Shown: positions 40,831 to 51,406 of the stretch, piece by piece | Layout: every line of letters begins with the position of its first letter | How positions within the stretch are numbered: position 1 is the stretch's first letter | NCBI GenBank assembly: GCA_963747235.1 | Contig: CAVVEU010000040.1 | Location: forward strand, 558,454-622,453 | Length of the DNA stretch: 64,000 nucleotides | From: an uncultured Candidatus Rokubacteria bacterium | Lineage (GTDB): Bacteria; Methylomirabilota; Methylomirabilia; Rokubacteriales; CSP1-6 | Reading direction: 5' to 3' | The notes under the pieces: generated by a model | Database searches by the model: none | What the model was told of the DNA's origin: nothing | What the model saw: only the letters and a program-made list of their open reading frames with translations | Translations under genes and position numbers: made by a program

Positions 40831-42159
40831 TTGACGGGCGACCTCGGAGCCCAGGACCGGCTGGACGCCGCCTTCGCCCGTGAGGAGCGGCGGGGTCTGA
40901 TGGTGGCGGCCGCCGCGCGCTCGGCGTCCGTGGTGTTCATCCTGGGCTGGCTCGCGGTGGCGACCCCCGAGCGCGGCCGGGCCTACGCCTGGGTCCTCGG
41001 CTCCGCGGCGATCTTCCTGGTGACCGGGCTCGCGCAGCTCTGGCTCTACTTTCGTGGGCGGGCGCTGCGGCTGGCCGCCTACCTGTTGATCCTCGTGGAC
41101 TCGCTGGCGCTGGCCGCGGTCCTCCTGCTCCCGAATCCCTACGTCGCCCCGGCGGTGCCGCCGGCGATACCGCTGCGCTACGCCACGTTCATGTACTTCT
41201 TCGTCCTGCTGATGCAGGCCGCGTTCTCGTTCCGGCCCCGACTGCTCCTGTGGACTGGACTCTGCGGGGCCGGCGCCTGGACGGCCGGCTTTCTGTGGAT
41301 CCTGACCCGGCCCGAGACCATCACCGACCCGCCCGCCGGGGCCAGCCGCGACGCCATGCGCGCCGCCTATTTCGACCCGAACTACGCCTCGATGCTCAAG
41401 TACCAGAACGAGATCATCGTGTTCCTGCTCGTGAGCGCCGGGCTCGCGCTCCTGGTCCGGCGCTCGCGCACGCTGGTAGCGGAGCGGGCCGATGCCGAGC
41501 GTACCCGCGGCAACCTGGCCCGCTACTTCTCGCCCAAGGTGGTGGAGACGCTGGCCGAGCGAGACGAGCCGCTGGGCCGCGTACGCCGGCAGGCGGTGGG
41601 CGTGCTCTTCGCCGACCTGGTGGGCTTCACGACGATGGCCGAGGAGATGACACCGGAGGAGGTCATGGCGCTATTGCGGGACTTCCACGGCCGCATGGAA
41701 GAGGAAGTGTTCCGCCACGGCGGCTGCCTGGAGAAGTTCATCGGCGACGCGCTGCTGGCCACGTTCGGCGTGCCCGACACCGGTCGCCGCGACGCCACCG
41801 ACGCCCTGGCCTGCGCCCGCGGCATGCTGGCGGCCCTCGTGGCCTGGAACCTCGAGCGGGAGGCGGCCGGGCTGCGACCGCTGCAGATGGGGCTCGGACT
41901 GCACTACGGCCCGGTGGTGGCCGGCGATATCGGCAGCCGCCGCAACATGGCCTTCGCGACGGTGGGCGACACCACCAACGTCACCAGCCGGCTGCAGGCG
42001 CTCACGCGCGAGCTCCGGGTCAGCCTCGTGGCCAGTGCCGCGCTCGTGGCCGCCGTCGAGCGTGAGGCGGCCGACCCCGTGCTCCTCCAGGGCCTGACGA
42101 CGCGGGGCCCCACCGTGCTCCGGGGGCGCGACACGCCGATCGAGCTGTGGGCGGAGTAG
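40831..42159 (+). CDS. Membrane class III adenylate/guanylate cyclase
   Basis: LARYFSP, VLFADLVGFT, KFIGDA, GDTTNVTSRL. Confidence 0.9.
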   Translation: MTGDLGAQDRLDAAFAREERRGLMVAAAARSASVVFILGWLAVATPERGRAYAWVLGSAAIFLVTGLAQLWLYFRGRALRLAAYLLILVDSLALAAVLLLPNPYVAPAVPPAIPLRYATFMYFFVLLMQAAFSFRPRLLLWTGLCGAGAWTAGFLWILTRPETITDPPAGASRDAMRAAYFDPNYASMLKYQNEIIVFLLVSAGLALLVRRSRTLVAERADAERTRGNLARYFSPKVVETLAERDEPLGRVRRQAVGVLFADLVGFTTMAEEMTPEEVMALLRDFHGRMEEEVFRHGGCLEKFIGDALLATFGVPDTGRRDATDALACARGMLAALVAWNLEREAAGLRPLQMGLGLHYGPVVAGDIGSRRNMAFATVGDTTNVTSRLQALTRELRVSLVASAALVAAVEREAADPVLLQGLTTRGPTVLRGRDTPIELWAE

Positions 42160-42168
42160 CCGCGCCCC

Positions 42169-43191
42169 CTAAGCGCCTCGGGCGCGCGCGCGCAGCGCGG
42201 GGAATACGCGCGTGGCGAGAAGCTCGATGGTCCGCAGCACCTTGGCCTGCTCCATGCCCGGCCACTGGATCCGGAAGATGAAGGAGTTGACGCCCAGCCG
42301 CTCGGCGTAGCGTCGGATCTCGCGGACGGCGTCGTCGGGGTCGCCCACGATGAAGCGATCCGCCACGAGCTCCTCGAACTCGTGGGCAAAGCTGTCGCCC
42401 TCGGGGAGCGCCTTGTCCTGGCCCCACGAGGCATAGGCCTTGTACTTGGCCTCGAGGAAGGGCCGGCACTCCTGCAGAGCCGTGCGGCGATCGGGAGCCA
42501 CGTACAGCTCCTTGATGATCGGCAGCTCCGCCGGGAACGGGCGACCGGCCTCCCCGAGGGCCCGCCGGTACACGTCCATCTGTCGCTCGAGCACCGCGAG
42601 CTTGGCGTGCGGGTTGATGACCCAGGCGTCGCCCAGGCGCGCCGCGCGGACCACCGCGGTGTCGTTGTTGGCCGCGAACCAGATGGGCGGATGCGGCCGC
42701 TGCACCGGGCGCAGCATCATGTGCGCGTCGGTGAGGTGGAAGAAGCGCCCGTGGTGCGTCACCTTTTCGCCCGACCACAGCCGCTTGATGACCTCCAGGC
42801 TCTCGACCAGGCGCCCCACCCGCTCCTTGGGCGCGATCCCGAACGCCTCGTTCTCCTCGGCGCGATAGCCCAGCCCCACGCCGAAGATGAAGCGCCCCTC
42901 GGTGATGACGTCGAGCGTGGCCACCTGCTCGGCCACGTCCACCGGATTGAGCAGCGGCAGCAGGATCACGGTGGCGCCCACGCGCATGGTCCCCGCCTCG
43001 GCGGCGAGCCGAGCGAGCGCGGGCAGGCTCTGCACCTCCTGGAACGGCGTCGAGAGGAAGTGCTGCCCCATCACGATGAGGTCGAAGCCGGCGTCGCGGG
43101 CGGCCCGGACCTGCTCGACGTGCTCCCGGAAGCGATCGACCATCGACACGCCCGGAGGATGTTGCTTGGAGACGATCAGGCCGAAGTTCAT
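42169..43191 (-). CDS. LLM-class flavin-dependent oxidoreductase
   Basis: GQHF, AEQVATLD, GLGYR..E, RPVQRPHPPIW. Confidence 0.88.
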   Translation of the reverse strand: MNFGLIVSKQHPPGVSMVDRFREHVEQVRAARDAGFDLIVMGQHFLSTPFQEVQSLPALARLAAEAGTMRVGATVILLPLLNPVDVAEQVATLDVITEGRFIFGVGLGYRAEENEAFGIAPKERVGRLVESLEVIKRLWSGEKVTHHGRFFHLTDAHMMLRPVQRPHPPIWFAANNDTAVVRAARLGDAWVINPHAKLAVLERQMDVYRRALGEAGRPFPAELPIIKELYVAPDRRTALQECRPFLEAKYKAYASWGQDKALPEGDSFAHEFEELVADRFIVGDPDDAVREIRRYAERLGVNSFIFRIQWPGMEQAKVLRTIELLATRVFPALRARARGA

Positions 43192-43227
43192 GTGGGCTCC
43201 TCGAGGGGTCACCGGGGGCGCGGGCGG

Positions 43228-44931
43228 TCACGCCATCTTGACGCGCGCCACGTCCTCCAGCCCCAGCTCCTTCACGCTGGTTTCGCGCATGACGAACTTC
43301 TGGATCTTGCCCGTCACCGTCATGGGGAAGCCATCGACGAACTTCACGTGGCGCGGGATCTTGTAGTGGGCGATCTTGCCGCGGCAGTAGTCGCGGATCT
43401 CCTCGGCGGTGGCCTCCTGTCCCTCGCGCAGGCGCACCCACGCCATGACCTCCTCGCCGAATCTGGCGTCGGGCACGCCGATGACCTGCACGTCCTGCAC
43501 CTTGGGATGGCGGTAGAGGAACTCCTCGATCTCACGCGGGTAGACGTTCTCCCCGCCGCGGATGATCATGTCCTTGATCCGCCCGACGATGTTGAGATAG
43601 CCCTCCTCGTCCATCGTCGCGAGGTCGCCGGTGTGCATCCAGCGGGCGGCGTCGATGGCGCCGCGGGTGGCCTCGTCGTTGTTCCAGTAGCCGAGCATCA
43701 CGCTGTAGCCCCGGGTGCACAGCTCGCCCTGGACGCCGGCGGGCACGACCTGCCCGGTGGCGGGATCGACGACCTTGATCTGCACGTGGGGGTGCACCTG
43801 CCCGACGGTGCCCACCTGCTTGGTCAGGGGCGCTCCGATCCGGGTCTGGGTGCTCACCGGGCTCGTCTCGGTCATGCCGTAGGCGATGGCCACGTCGTCC
43901 ATGTGCATGAGCTCCTTGACCTGCTTCATCACCTCCACCGGGCAGGGCGAGCCGGCCATGATCCCGGTGCGCAGGCTCGACAGGTCATAGCGCGCAAACT
44001 CCGGATGGTTGAGCGCGGCGATGAACATGGTCGGCACGCCGTAGAGGGCGGTGGCCCGCTCGGCCTGGGCGGCCTCGAGGACCGCGCCGGCCTCGAAGCC
44101 GCCGCTCGGATAGATCATGGTCGCGCCGTGGGTCACGCAGCCGAGGTTGCCCATGACCATCCCGAAACAGTGGTAGAGCGGCACCGGGATCAGGAGGCGG
44201 TCCCGGTCGGTGAAGCGCAGCAGCTCGGTGACGAAGTAGCCGTTGTTGAGAATGTTGTGATGGCTGAGGGTAGCGCCCTTGGGATAGCCGGTGGTGCCGC
44301 TCGTGTACTGGATGTTGATGGGGTCGTCGAACTCCTGCTCGCGCTGGCGCTCGGCGAGATCGCCGGCGCTCACCGACCGGGCCATGGCCAGCAGATCGTT
44401 CCACGGGAGCATGCCCGGAGACACGCTCTCGCCGAGACGCACCACCCCGCGGAGATCGGGGAGCTGGGCGGCGGCGAGGCTGCCGATCCGGCTCGCCGCG
44501 AGCTCGGGCGCCAGCTCGTGGATCATGCCCGTGTAGTCCGACGTCTTGAACTCCGGCGCGATGACCAGCCACGTGCAGCCGGAGTGGCGGAGGGCATACT
44601 GCACCTCGTTCCGGCGATAGCTCGGGTTGATGTTGACGAGGATCGCGCCGAGTTTGCTGGTGGCGAACTGCGCGATGGCCCACTCCGCGCAGTTGGGCGC
44701 CCAGATGCCGATGCGCTGCCCCTTCTCGACGCCGAGCGCCATCAGGGCCCGGGCGCACCGGTCGACCTCCTCCTTGAGCTGCCGGTAGCTGTAGCGCAGG
44801 TTCTGATGACGCGAGACCAGGGCCTCGTTGTCGGGATAGCGGTCGGCGATCTGGTCGAACATGTCGCCGATGGTGAGGCCGAGCAGGGGCACCTCGCTGA
44901 CGCCGCTCACATAGCTCTTGCGTTCGGGCAT
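43228..44931 (-). CDS. Acyl-CoA synthetase (AMP-binding)
   Basis: [43 protein letters not shown]. Confidence 0.92.
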   Translation of the reverse strand: MPERKSYVSGVSEVPLLGLTIGDMFDQIADRYPDNEALVSRHQNLRYSYRQLKEEVDRCARALMALGVEKGQRIGIWAPNCAEWAIAQFATSKLGAILVNINPSYRRNEVQYALRHSGCTWLVIAPEFKTSDYTGMIHELAPELAASRIGSLAAAQLPDLRGVVRLGESVSPGMLPWNDLLAMARSVSAGDLAERQREQEFDDPINIQYTSGTTGYPKGATLSHHNILNNGYFVTELLRFTDRDRLLIPVPLYHCFGMVMGNLGCVTHGATMIYPSGGFEAGAVLEAAQAERATALYGVPTMFIAALNHPEFARYDLSSLRTGIMAGSPCPVEVMKQVKELMHMDDVAIAYGMTETSPVSTQTRIGAPLTKQVGTVGQVHPHVQIKVVDPATGQVVPAGVQGELCTRGYSVMLGYWNNDEATRGAIDAARWMHTGDLATMDEEGYLNIVGRIKDMIIRGGENVYPREIEEFLYRHPKVQDVQVIGVPDARFGEEVMAWVRLREGQEATAEEIRDYCRGKIAHYKIPRHVKFVDGFPMTVTGKIQKFVMRETSVKELGLEDVARVKMA

Positions 44932-45102
44932 GGCCGGGCGCTCCTGTCGCTGAAGGTCCGCGCGCGGACGCGTCGTCAAGCCCGACGTGCGCGGCCTGGG
45001 CATACTGCCCCACCCGCCAAGCCAGGTCAAGGCATACAACCGGGATTGCTCGATCAACTACTCAGGAACCGGGTAAGATGCCGCCCCGGAGGACCTGAAC
45101 GG

Positions 45103-46245
45103 ATGAAACGCAGCCTCGACCGCGTCCTGACCACCCACACCGGCAGCCTCCCCCGCCCGGCCGACCTGATCCGCATGATGTTCGCGCGGGAAGAAGGCGT
45201 GCCGGTCGACGGGCCCGCGCTGGCCGCGCGCATTCGCGCCGCGGTGGCGGAGGTGGTCCGCAAGCAGACCGACGCCGGCATCACCGTCGTCAGCGACGGG
45301 GAGCTGAGCAAGCCGAGCTACGCCACCTACATCAAGGACCGCCTGAACGGGTTCGGCGGCACGAGCCAGGCGCTCCAGTACCGCGACCTGGTGGACTTCC
45401 CGGAGATGGCCAAGCGGGTGTTCGGCGATCCGGGCCGGTCGCGCCGGAAGACGCCGGCCTGCACCGGCCCGGTCAGCCTGCGCGACCCGGCCGCGGCCCA
45501 GGTCGACGTGGACAATCTGAAGACGGCGCTCCGGTCGGTCGACGTCACGGACGTGTTCATGAGCGCGGCCTCCCCCGGCGTGATCTCCCTCTTCTTCCGG
45601 GATGACCACTACGGCAACCACGAGGCCTACCTCTTCGCCATCGCGGACGCCATGCGGCAGGAGTACGAGACGGTGGCGCGGGCCGGCTTCATCCTGCAGC
45701 TGGACTGTCCAGACCTGGCCATGGGCCGGCACATCCAGTTCGCCGGTCTGGACCTCGAGGAGTTCCGGACTATGGCCCGCCTGCACCTCGCGGCGCTCGA
45801 TCACGCGGTGGCCAACATCCCGCCCGAGCAGCTCCGGATCCACCTGTGCTGGGGCAACTACGAGGGGCCGCATCACTACGACGTCCCCCTCGCCGACATC
45901 CTCGATCTCGTCTTCGCGGCTCGTCCCCAGGGCGTCTCCTTCGAGGCCGCCAACCCCCGGCACGCGCACGAGTGGAAGGTCTTCGAGCGCGTGAAGCTGC
46001 CCCCGGACAAGGTCATCATCCCCGGGGTGCTCGACTCGACGACCAACTTCATCGAGCACCCCGAGCTGGTCGCCGAGCGGATCGGCCGCTACGCGCGGCT
46101 CGTCGGGCGCGAGCACGTCATCGCCGGGACCGATTGCGGGTTCGGCACCTGGGTCGGCCAGGCCGCGGTGGACCCCGACATCGTGTGGGCGAAGCTGGCC
46201 AGCCTCGCCGAGGGTGCGCGGCTCGCCTCGAGCGAGCTCTGGTAA
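45103..46245 (+). CDS. Cobalamin-independent methionine synthase II-like / epoxyalkane:CoM transferase-like protein
   Basis: TTHTGSLPRP, SDGE, IHLCWGNYEGPH, TDCGF zinc ligands; single barrel. Confidence 0.85.
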   Translation: MKRSLDRVLTTHTGSLPRPADLIRMMFAREEGVPVDGPALAARIRAAVAEVVRKQTDAGITVVSDGELSKPSYATYIKDRLNGFGGTSQALQYRDLVDFPEMAKRVFGDPGRSRRKTPACTGPVSLRDPAAAQVDVDNLKTALRSVDVTDVFMSAASPGVISLFFRDDHYGNHEAYLFAIADAMRQEYETVARAGFILQLDCPDLAMGRHIQFAGLDLEEFRTMARLHLAALDHAVANIPPEQLRIHLCWGNYEGPHHYDVPLADILDLVFAARPQGVSFEAANPRHAHEWKVFERVKLPPDKVIIPGVLDSTTNFIEHPELVAERIGRYARLVGREHVIAGTDCGFGTWVGQAAVDPDIVWAKLASLAEGARLASSELW

Positions 46246-46295
46246 CCCGGAGCGGCGAGCGGCCAGCCCGCCTCGCCCGCGCCCCAGGAGGACCC

Positions 46296-46898
46296 ATGAA
46301 GGACACGACGCTGTATCACGAGGGTTCGCGGCAGCTTCAAGACCGGTTCCAGACGCGACGACTGGCCGACCGGCTGGAGGAGGTCATCGCGCACGACGTC
46401 TTCACCGACGCCGATCGCGCGTTCATCGAGAGCCGACCCATGTTCTTCCTCGCCACCGCCGACGCCGAGGGGCGCCCCGATTGCTCCTACAAGGGCGGCC
46501 GGCCCGGGTTCGTGCGCGTGGCGAGCTCGCGGACGCTGGCGTTCCCGAGCTACGACGGCAACGGCATGTTCAAGAGCCTCGGCAACATCCTGGTGAACCC
46601 GCACGTGGGGCTGCTGTTCGTCGACTTCGAGAGCCCCAGGCGGCTGCGCGTGAACGGGCGCGCCACGGTGCGCGAAGATGATCCGCTGCTGGCGGAGTTC
46701 GTTGGCGCCCAGCTGATCGTGCGAGTGGAGGTGGCCGCCGCGTTTCCCAACTGCCCACGCTATATCCACACCATGCATATGGTCGAGGAGTCACCGTATG
46801 CGCCATGCGAGGGCCACACGCCGCCGGTGCCGGAGTGGAAGACGCGTCCCGTATTCCGCGAGGTGCTGCCGCCCACCGACCCCGCGGCGTCCGGATAG
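46296..46898 (+). CDS. Pyridoxamine 5'-phosphate oxidase-like FMN-binding protein
   Basis: FFLAT, CSYKGG.PGF, YDGNGMF.SLGN, NCPRYIH. Confidence 0.85.
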   Translation: MKDTTLYHEGSRQLQDRFQTRRLADRLEEVIAHDVFTDADRAFIESRPMFFLATADAEGRPDCSYKGGRPGFVRVASSRTLAFPSYDGNGMFKSLGNILVNPHVGLLFVDFESPRRLRVNGRATVREDDPLLAEFVGAQLIVRVEVAAAFPNCPRYIHTMHMVEESPYAPCEGHTPPVPEWKTRPVFREVLPPTDPAASG

Positions 46899-46899
46899 C

Positions 46900-47998
46900 T
46901 CAGTCGAAGGTCAAGACGGTCCGCGCGACCTCGCCCGCCTTCATCGCGCGGAAGGCCTCGTTGATGTCGTCGAGGCGGCCGCGGCGGGTGACCATCTCGT
47001 CGAGCAGGAGGCGGCCCTGGCGATAGAAGTCGAGGTAGCGCGGGATGTCGATGCGGAAGCGGTTGCCGCCCATGCGCGAGGTCTGGACGCGACACTCGGG
47101 GCGGATCGCCATCCACGGAAACTCGATCATCGCGTCGGGCGGCAGCACGCCAACGATGGTGGCGGTGCCGCGAATGGCCAGGCTCTCGATGGCCTGGCGC
47201 ACGAGGGTCGTGTTGCCGACCGCCTCGAAGGCGTGATCGACGCCGGCCCGCCCGGTGAGCACGCGCACCGCCTCGACGGGGTCGTCGTTCGACGTGTTGA
47301 CGACGTGGGTCGCGCCGACACGCCGGGCCATCTCGAGCTTGCCGTCGAACCGGTCGAGCGCGATGATCTGCCGGGCCCCCCCGATGCGGGCCCCCTGCAC
47401 GATCGACAGCCCCACCCCGCCACAGCCGAAGACCGCCACGGTCTGCCCGGCCTCGAGTCCCGCGCTCCGGAGCGCGGCCCCGACCCCGGTGAGGACGCCG
47501 CAGCCCACCAGGGCCGCGCGATCCAGCGGCAGATCGTCGTCGATCTTCACCACCGAGTTCTCGTGCAGCAGCATGCGCTCGGCGTAGCTGCCGATGCCCG
47601 GCGAACGACGGGATCCCCTGCCCCTTCTTCGACAGCCGCGGCGGCGCCGAATCGCCGCGCGCCACCGCCCCGCCGACGCAGACGTTGGGATGGCCGCTGA
47701 GACACTGGGCGCAGCTTCCGCAGAAGCCGGAGAGGCACGCCACCACGTGGTCGCCGGGACGGAGCCCCGTCACCTGATCGCCGACGGCCTCGACGATGCC
47801 CGCCCCCTCGTGGCCGAGCACGATCCCGCGGTCGAGGGCGAACCGGCCGTCTCCGTCGACCACGTGCAGGTCGCTGTGGCAGACGCCGGTGGCGACCGTG
47901 CGGACGAGGACCTCGCGGCCGAGCGGCCGATCGATGTCGATGGATTCGATGCCCACCGGCACATGCGTCGCGCGGCACACGGCAGCCCTGATCTCCAT
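46900..47998 (-). CDS. Zn-dependent alcohol dehydrogenase (frameshift near 47600)
   Basis: GVCHSD, GHEGAG, CGSCAQC, GCGV.TG, FGCGGVG. Confidence 0.9.
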
Positions 47999-48099
47999 GG
48001 GAACGCCTCCTGGCGTTGTCTTGCGTCGGCCGGAGTATACAATGGGCCCGGTCAAGAGGCGGTTCGGGAGCTCACGAGGCATTCATCGGAGGCCGGTCC

Positions 48100-49281
48100 A
48101 TGAGATTGAGCCTGTCGTACGAGATGCAGCGCCCCGTGGTCGACGACCACGCGGTCATCGAGGAGACGATCGAGCAGTGCGTGCTCGCGGACAAGATGGG
48201 CTTCGACGCCGTCTGGTTCGTCGAGCATCACTTCCTGACGAGCTTCTCGATGTCCCCGTGCCCGGAGGTGATCTTCGGCGCGCTGAGCCGGCTGACCAAG
48301 CGCATCCGCCTCGGATTCGGGGTGGTGATTCTCCCCTACCACCATCCCGTGCGCGTGGCCGAGCGCGTGGCGATGGTCGATCACCTCTCGGGCGGACGGG
48401 TCGAGTTCGGCACCGGGCGGTCGGCGGCGTACGAGCAGATCGGCATGGGCATCGACCCGCGCCAGACGCGCGCGATGTGGGAAGAGTCGCTGACGATGAT
48501 CCCGAAGATCTGGGAGGACGGCGTCTTCTCGTGGGAGGGCCAGTTCTGGAAGGTGCCGCCGCGCGACGTGCGCCCGAAGCCCTATCAGAAGCCGCACCCG
48601 CGGATGTGGGTGGCGGCGCTCCAGCCCGCGACGTATCAGCTCGCGGCGGAGAAGGGCATCGGGGTGATGGCGCTCAGCGTGGCCGCGCCGTCCTACCTCG
48701 AGCCGCACATCAGGGCGTACAAGGAGCGCGTGCGCACTGCGACGCCGGTGGGCAAGGTCGTCAACGACCAGTGGCTCTCCGCGACGATGGGTCTCTGCGA
48801 CGCGGACGACAAGGCGGCGCGCGAGCTGGCCGCGAAGTCGCTCCGGACCTTCTTCGGGCCGGATCGCCCCTATCTCAAGGACCAGACGCACCTGTACGAG
48901 CAGCTCGTCGATTCGTGGGGCGGCGTGCCCGAGCATCTCAAGGCGAACTTCGCCCGCTATCTCAAGACCGAGGGCCCCGGCGGCGCGCCGGAGGTCGATC
49001 TCTCCGGGGGCTCCGGGCAGATCGCGACCGCCCTGTGGAACCAGATCGACGCCGACACCCTGGTCGACCGCGGCGTCCTCGTGGCCGGCAATCCCGAGAC
49101 CTGCCTCCGGAGCATCGCCATTCACGAGGCGGCGGGCGTGGACGAGCTGCAGTTCCTCATGGCGACCGAGACGGTGCCCCACGACAAGGTGATGTCGTCG
49201 ATCGAGATGTTCGGCCGGCACGTCATCCCGGAGCTGAAGAAGCGGGGCGCCACCACCGCGGCCGGATCCGCCCTATCGTGA
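48100..49281 (+). CDS. LLM-class flavin-dependent oxidoreductase
   Basis: WFVEHHF, HPVRVAER, GRVEFGTGRS, PKPYQKPHP. Confidence 0.9.
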   Translation: MRLSLSYEMQRPVVDDHAVIEETIEQCVLADKMGFDAVWFVEHHFLTSFSMSPCPEVIFGALSRLTKRIRLGFGVVILPYHHPVRVAERVAMVDHLSGGRVEFGTGRSAAYEQIGMGIDPRQTRAMWEESLTMIPKIWEDGVFSWEGQFWKVPPRDVRPKPYQKPHPRMWVAALQPATYQLAAEKGIGVMALSVAAPSYLEPHIRAYKERVRTATPVGKVVNDQWLSATMGLCDADDKAARELAAKSLRTFFGPDRPYLKDQTHLYEQLVDSWGGVPEHLKANFARYLKTEGPGGAPEVDLSGGSGQIATALWNQIDADTLVDRGVLVAGNPETCLRSIAIHEAAGVDELQFLMATETVPHDKVMSSIEMFGRHVIPELKKRGATTAAGSALS

Positions 49282-49289
49282 GGAGAGAT

Positions 49290-49455
49290 TCACACCCGTC
49301 CTCCTCGGCATAGAGCCAGAGCATCGGGATGCGGATCCGGCCGCCGGCCGAGGCGAAGGTCGCCTGGTTGAAGCCGCGACCACCGGCGTCGCAACGCTGG
49401 CCCGTCCACCCGCCGGCGAAGTTGATCACACCGCGCCGCCCCCTGGCATATCGAC
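49290..49455 (-). pseudogene. Internal remnant of a dienelactone-hydrolase-like alpha/beta hydrolase
   Basis: GVINFAGGW....C...PMLWLYAEED, with no start and no C-terminus. Confidence 0.5.
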
Positions 49456-49528
49456 CTTGAGGTCCGACGCACACCGCCATCGCCCCCCGGAGCATCGGGA
49501 ACCAGAGCGCCACGCCCAGACCTCGCGC

Positions 49529-50581
49529 TCAGGCCGGCAGGATGACCGCCTTGCCCGTGGTCTGCGTGTCGAAGAGCCGGTACGCCTCCTCCGCCTGCTC
49601 GAGCTTCCAGCGGTGCGTGAAGAGCTTCTCGACGTCCACGTGCCGGTCCGAGACGAACTCGGCGCATTCGGCCTGGCCCTGCTTCGAGAACGTCCAGGAG
49701 CCGACGAGCGTCACCTGCCGGCGCAGGAGATCCGGGCTCACGTCCAGCGTCACCTGGCCGCGCTCGCCGACGAAGCAGGCGGTTCCCCACGACCGCACCG
49801 CGCGCACCGCCGCGGCCCGGGCTTCCGGCGCCGAGGAGGCGTCCAGCGTCTTGTGGGCGCCTTCCCCGTGGGTCAGGTCGCGGATCGCGGCCACCACGTC
49901 GCCCGCCCCGGGGTCGATCACCTCGTGGGCGCCGAACTCCCGAGCGAGCCGGCGCCGCTCGGGCGCGACGTCGATGGCGAGGACACGCGCGCCCATCACC
50001 ACCGCGAGCTGTGTCGCCGAGAGGCCAACCGGGCCCTGGCCGAAGATGGCGATCGTCTCGCCGCCCTGCAGGTTGACCCGCCTGAGCGCACCCCAGGCCG
50101 TGCCGGTGCCGCAGGAGATCGCCGCGCCCGTCACGAACGAGAGCGACTCCGGCAGCGGCACCAGCGTGGACACCGGCACCTTCATGTACCGGGCGTGCCC
50201 GCCGTGCCCGCCCGACCCATAGACCACCGTCCCCTCGAGGCACATCTGGGTCCAGCCCGCCCGGCAGTGCTTGCAGGTGCCGCAGCCGTCGTAGTGATGG
50301 TCCATCACGCGCTGCCCGACCCGGGCCTCCTTCTCGGTGACGCCGGCGCCCAGCGCCGCGACGACGCCGCAGGGCTCGTGGCCGGCGATCACCCCGGCCT
50401 GCCGCTTGATGCCGCCGGTCACGGCTCCGGCCGGCTGGGCCGACGCGCGATAATTGTGCAGGTCGCTGCCGCACATGCCCGACGCCTTGATCTCGAGGAT
50501 CACGTCCCGGGGGCCCGGCGACGGATCCGGAAACTCTCTCAGCTCCAGCTTGCGGTCTCCGAGGAACACGACGCCTTTCAT
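49529..50581 (-). CDS. Zinc-binding dehydrogenase (MDR family)
   Basis: GMCGSD, GHEPCG, CGTCKHC, GQGPVG. Confidence 0.9.
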   Translation of the reverse strand: MKGVVFLGDRKLELREFPDPSPGPRDVILEIKASGMCGSDLHNYRASAQPAGAVTGGIKRQAGVIAGHEPCGVVAALGAGVTEKEARVGQRVMDHHYDGCGTCKHCRAGWTQMCLEGTVVYGSGGHGGHARYMKVPVSTLVPLPESLSFVTGAAISCGTGTAWGALRRVNLQGGETIAIFGQGPVGLSATQLAVVMGARVLAIDVAPERRRLAREFGAHEVIDPGAGDVVAAIRDLTHGEGAHKTLDASSAPEARAAAVRAVRSWGTACFVGERGQVTLDVSPDLLRRQVTLVGSWTFSKQGQAECAEFVSDRHVDVEKLFTHRWKLEQAEEAYRLFDTQTTGKAVILPA

Positions 50582-50644
50582 GGCCGCCTCCGATGCCTGC
50601 GTGTTACCCTCATGCGATTCCTGACCGAATCCGGGAGGATCACG

Positions 50645-50971
50645 ATGACCGTCTACGAGATGCGGACCTACACGCTCCACGTCGGCAAGATGGCCGAGGC
50701 GGTCAAGCTATACACCGAGCTTGGCTATCCGGCGCTCCAGAAAGGCGGCCAGGACAAGAAGCTGATCGGCTACTTCCAGGCCGACACCGGCATGATCAAT
50801 CAGCTCGTCCATCTCTGGAAGTTCGCCGACGATGCCGACCGTCGCGCGCACTGGGCCGCAGTATATGCCAACAAGGACTTCGTCGACGGCTTCGCAGTGA
50901 AGTTCCGTCCGCTGGTCGCATCCCAGGAGGTCAAGCTGCTGACCGCGGCCCCGTGGGGCCCGCATCCCTGA
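50645..50971 (+). CDS. NIPSNAP family protein
   Basis: YEMRTY, G.INQLVHLW.F...DRR. Confidence 0.85.
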   Translation: MTVYEMRTYTLHVGKMAEAVKLYTELGYPALQKGGQDKKLIGYFQADTGMINQLVHLWKFADDADRRAHWAAVYANKDFVDGFAVKFRPLVASQEVKLLTAAPWGPHP

Positions 50972-50995
50972 GGAACGCGAGACAAGGGGGCTGCC

Positions 50996-51406
50996 ATGGC
51001 GTACTGGCTGCTGAAGTCCGAGCCCGATGATTGGTCGTGGGCCGAGCAGGTCGCGAAGGGCCGCCAGGGCGCGGAGTGGACCGGCATCCGCAACTTCTCG
51101 GCCCAGAAGCATCTCCGCGCCATGAAGAAGGGGGAGCAGGCGTTCTTCTACCATACCGGCAAGGAGCGCGCGATCGTGGGCATCGTCCGGGTGATCGCGG
51201 AAGCGCACCCGGATTCGACCGATGCCGCCTGGCGCGCCATCGACGTCGCCGCGGTCGAACCCCTCCCGACGCCGGTCGGCCTCGATCGCATCAAGGCGGA
51301 CAAGCGCTTCGCCTCCATGGCCCTGGTGAGGCTGGCCCGGCTGTCGGTTCAGCCGGTGACCGATGCCGAGTGGCGGCTCATCTGCCACATGGGCGGCCGC
51401 GCCTAG
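50996..51406 (+). CDS. EVE domain protein
   Basis: YWLLKSEP, W.GIRN, FFYH, RLSVQPV. Confidence 0.9.
   Translation: MAYWLLKSEPDDWSWAEQVAKGRQGAEWTGIRNFSAQKHLRAMKKGEQAFFYHTGKERAIVGIVRVIAEAHPDSTDAAWRAIDVAAVEPLPTPVGLDRIKADKRFASMALVRLARLSVQPVTDAEWRLICHMGGRA

Noticed and set aside
42382-46245. 1287-aa and other very long ORFs (e.g. 13822-15930, 30170-31468, 32340-34136)
   Set aside because: Antisense or off-frame read-through in GC-rich DNA fused to real genes; not real multidomain proteins
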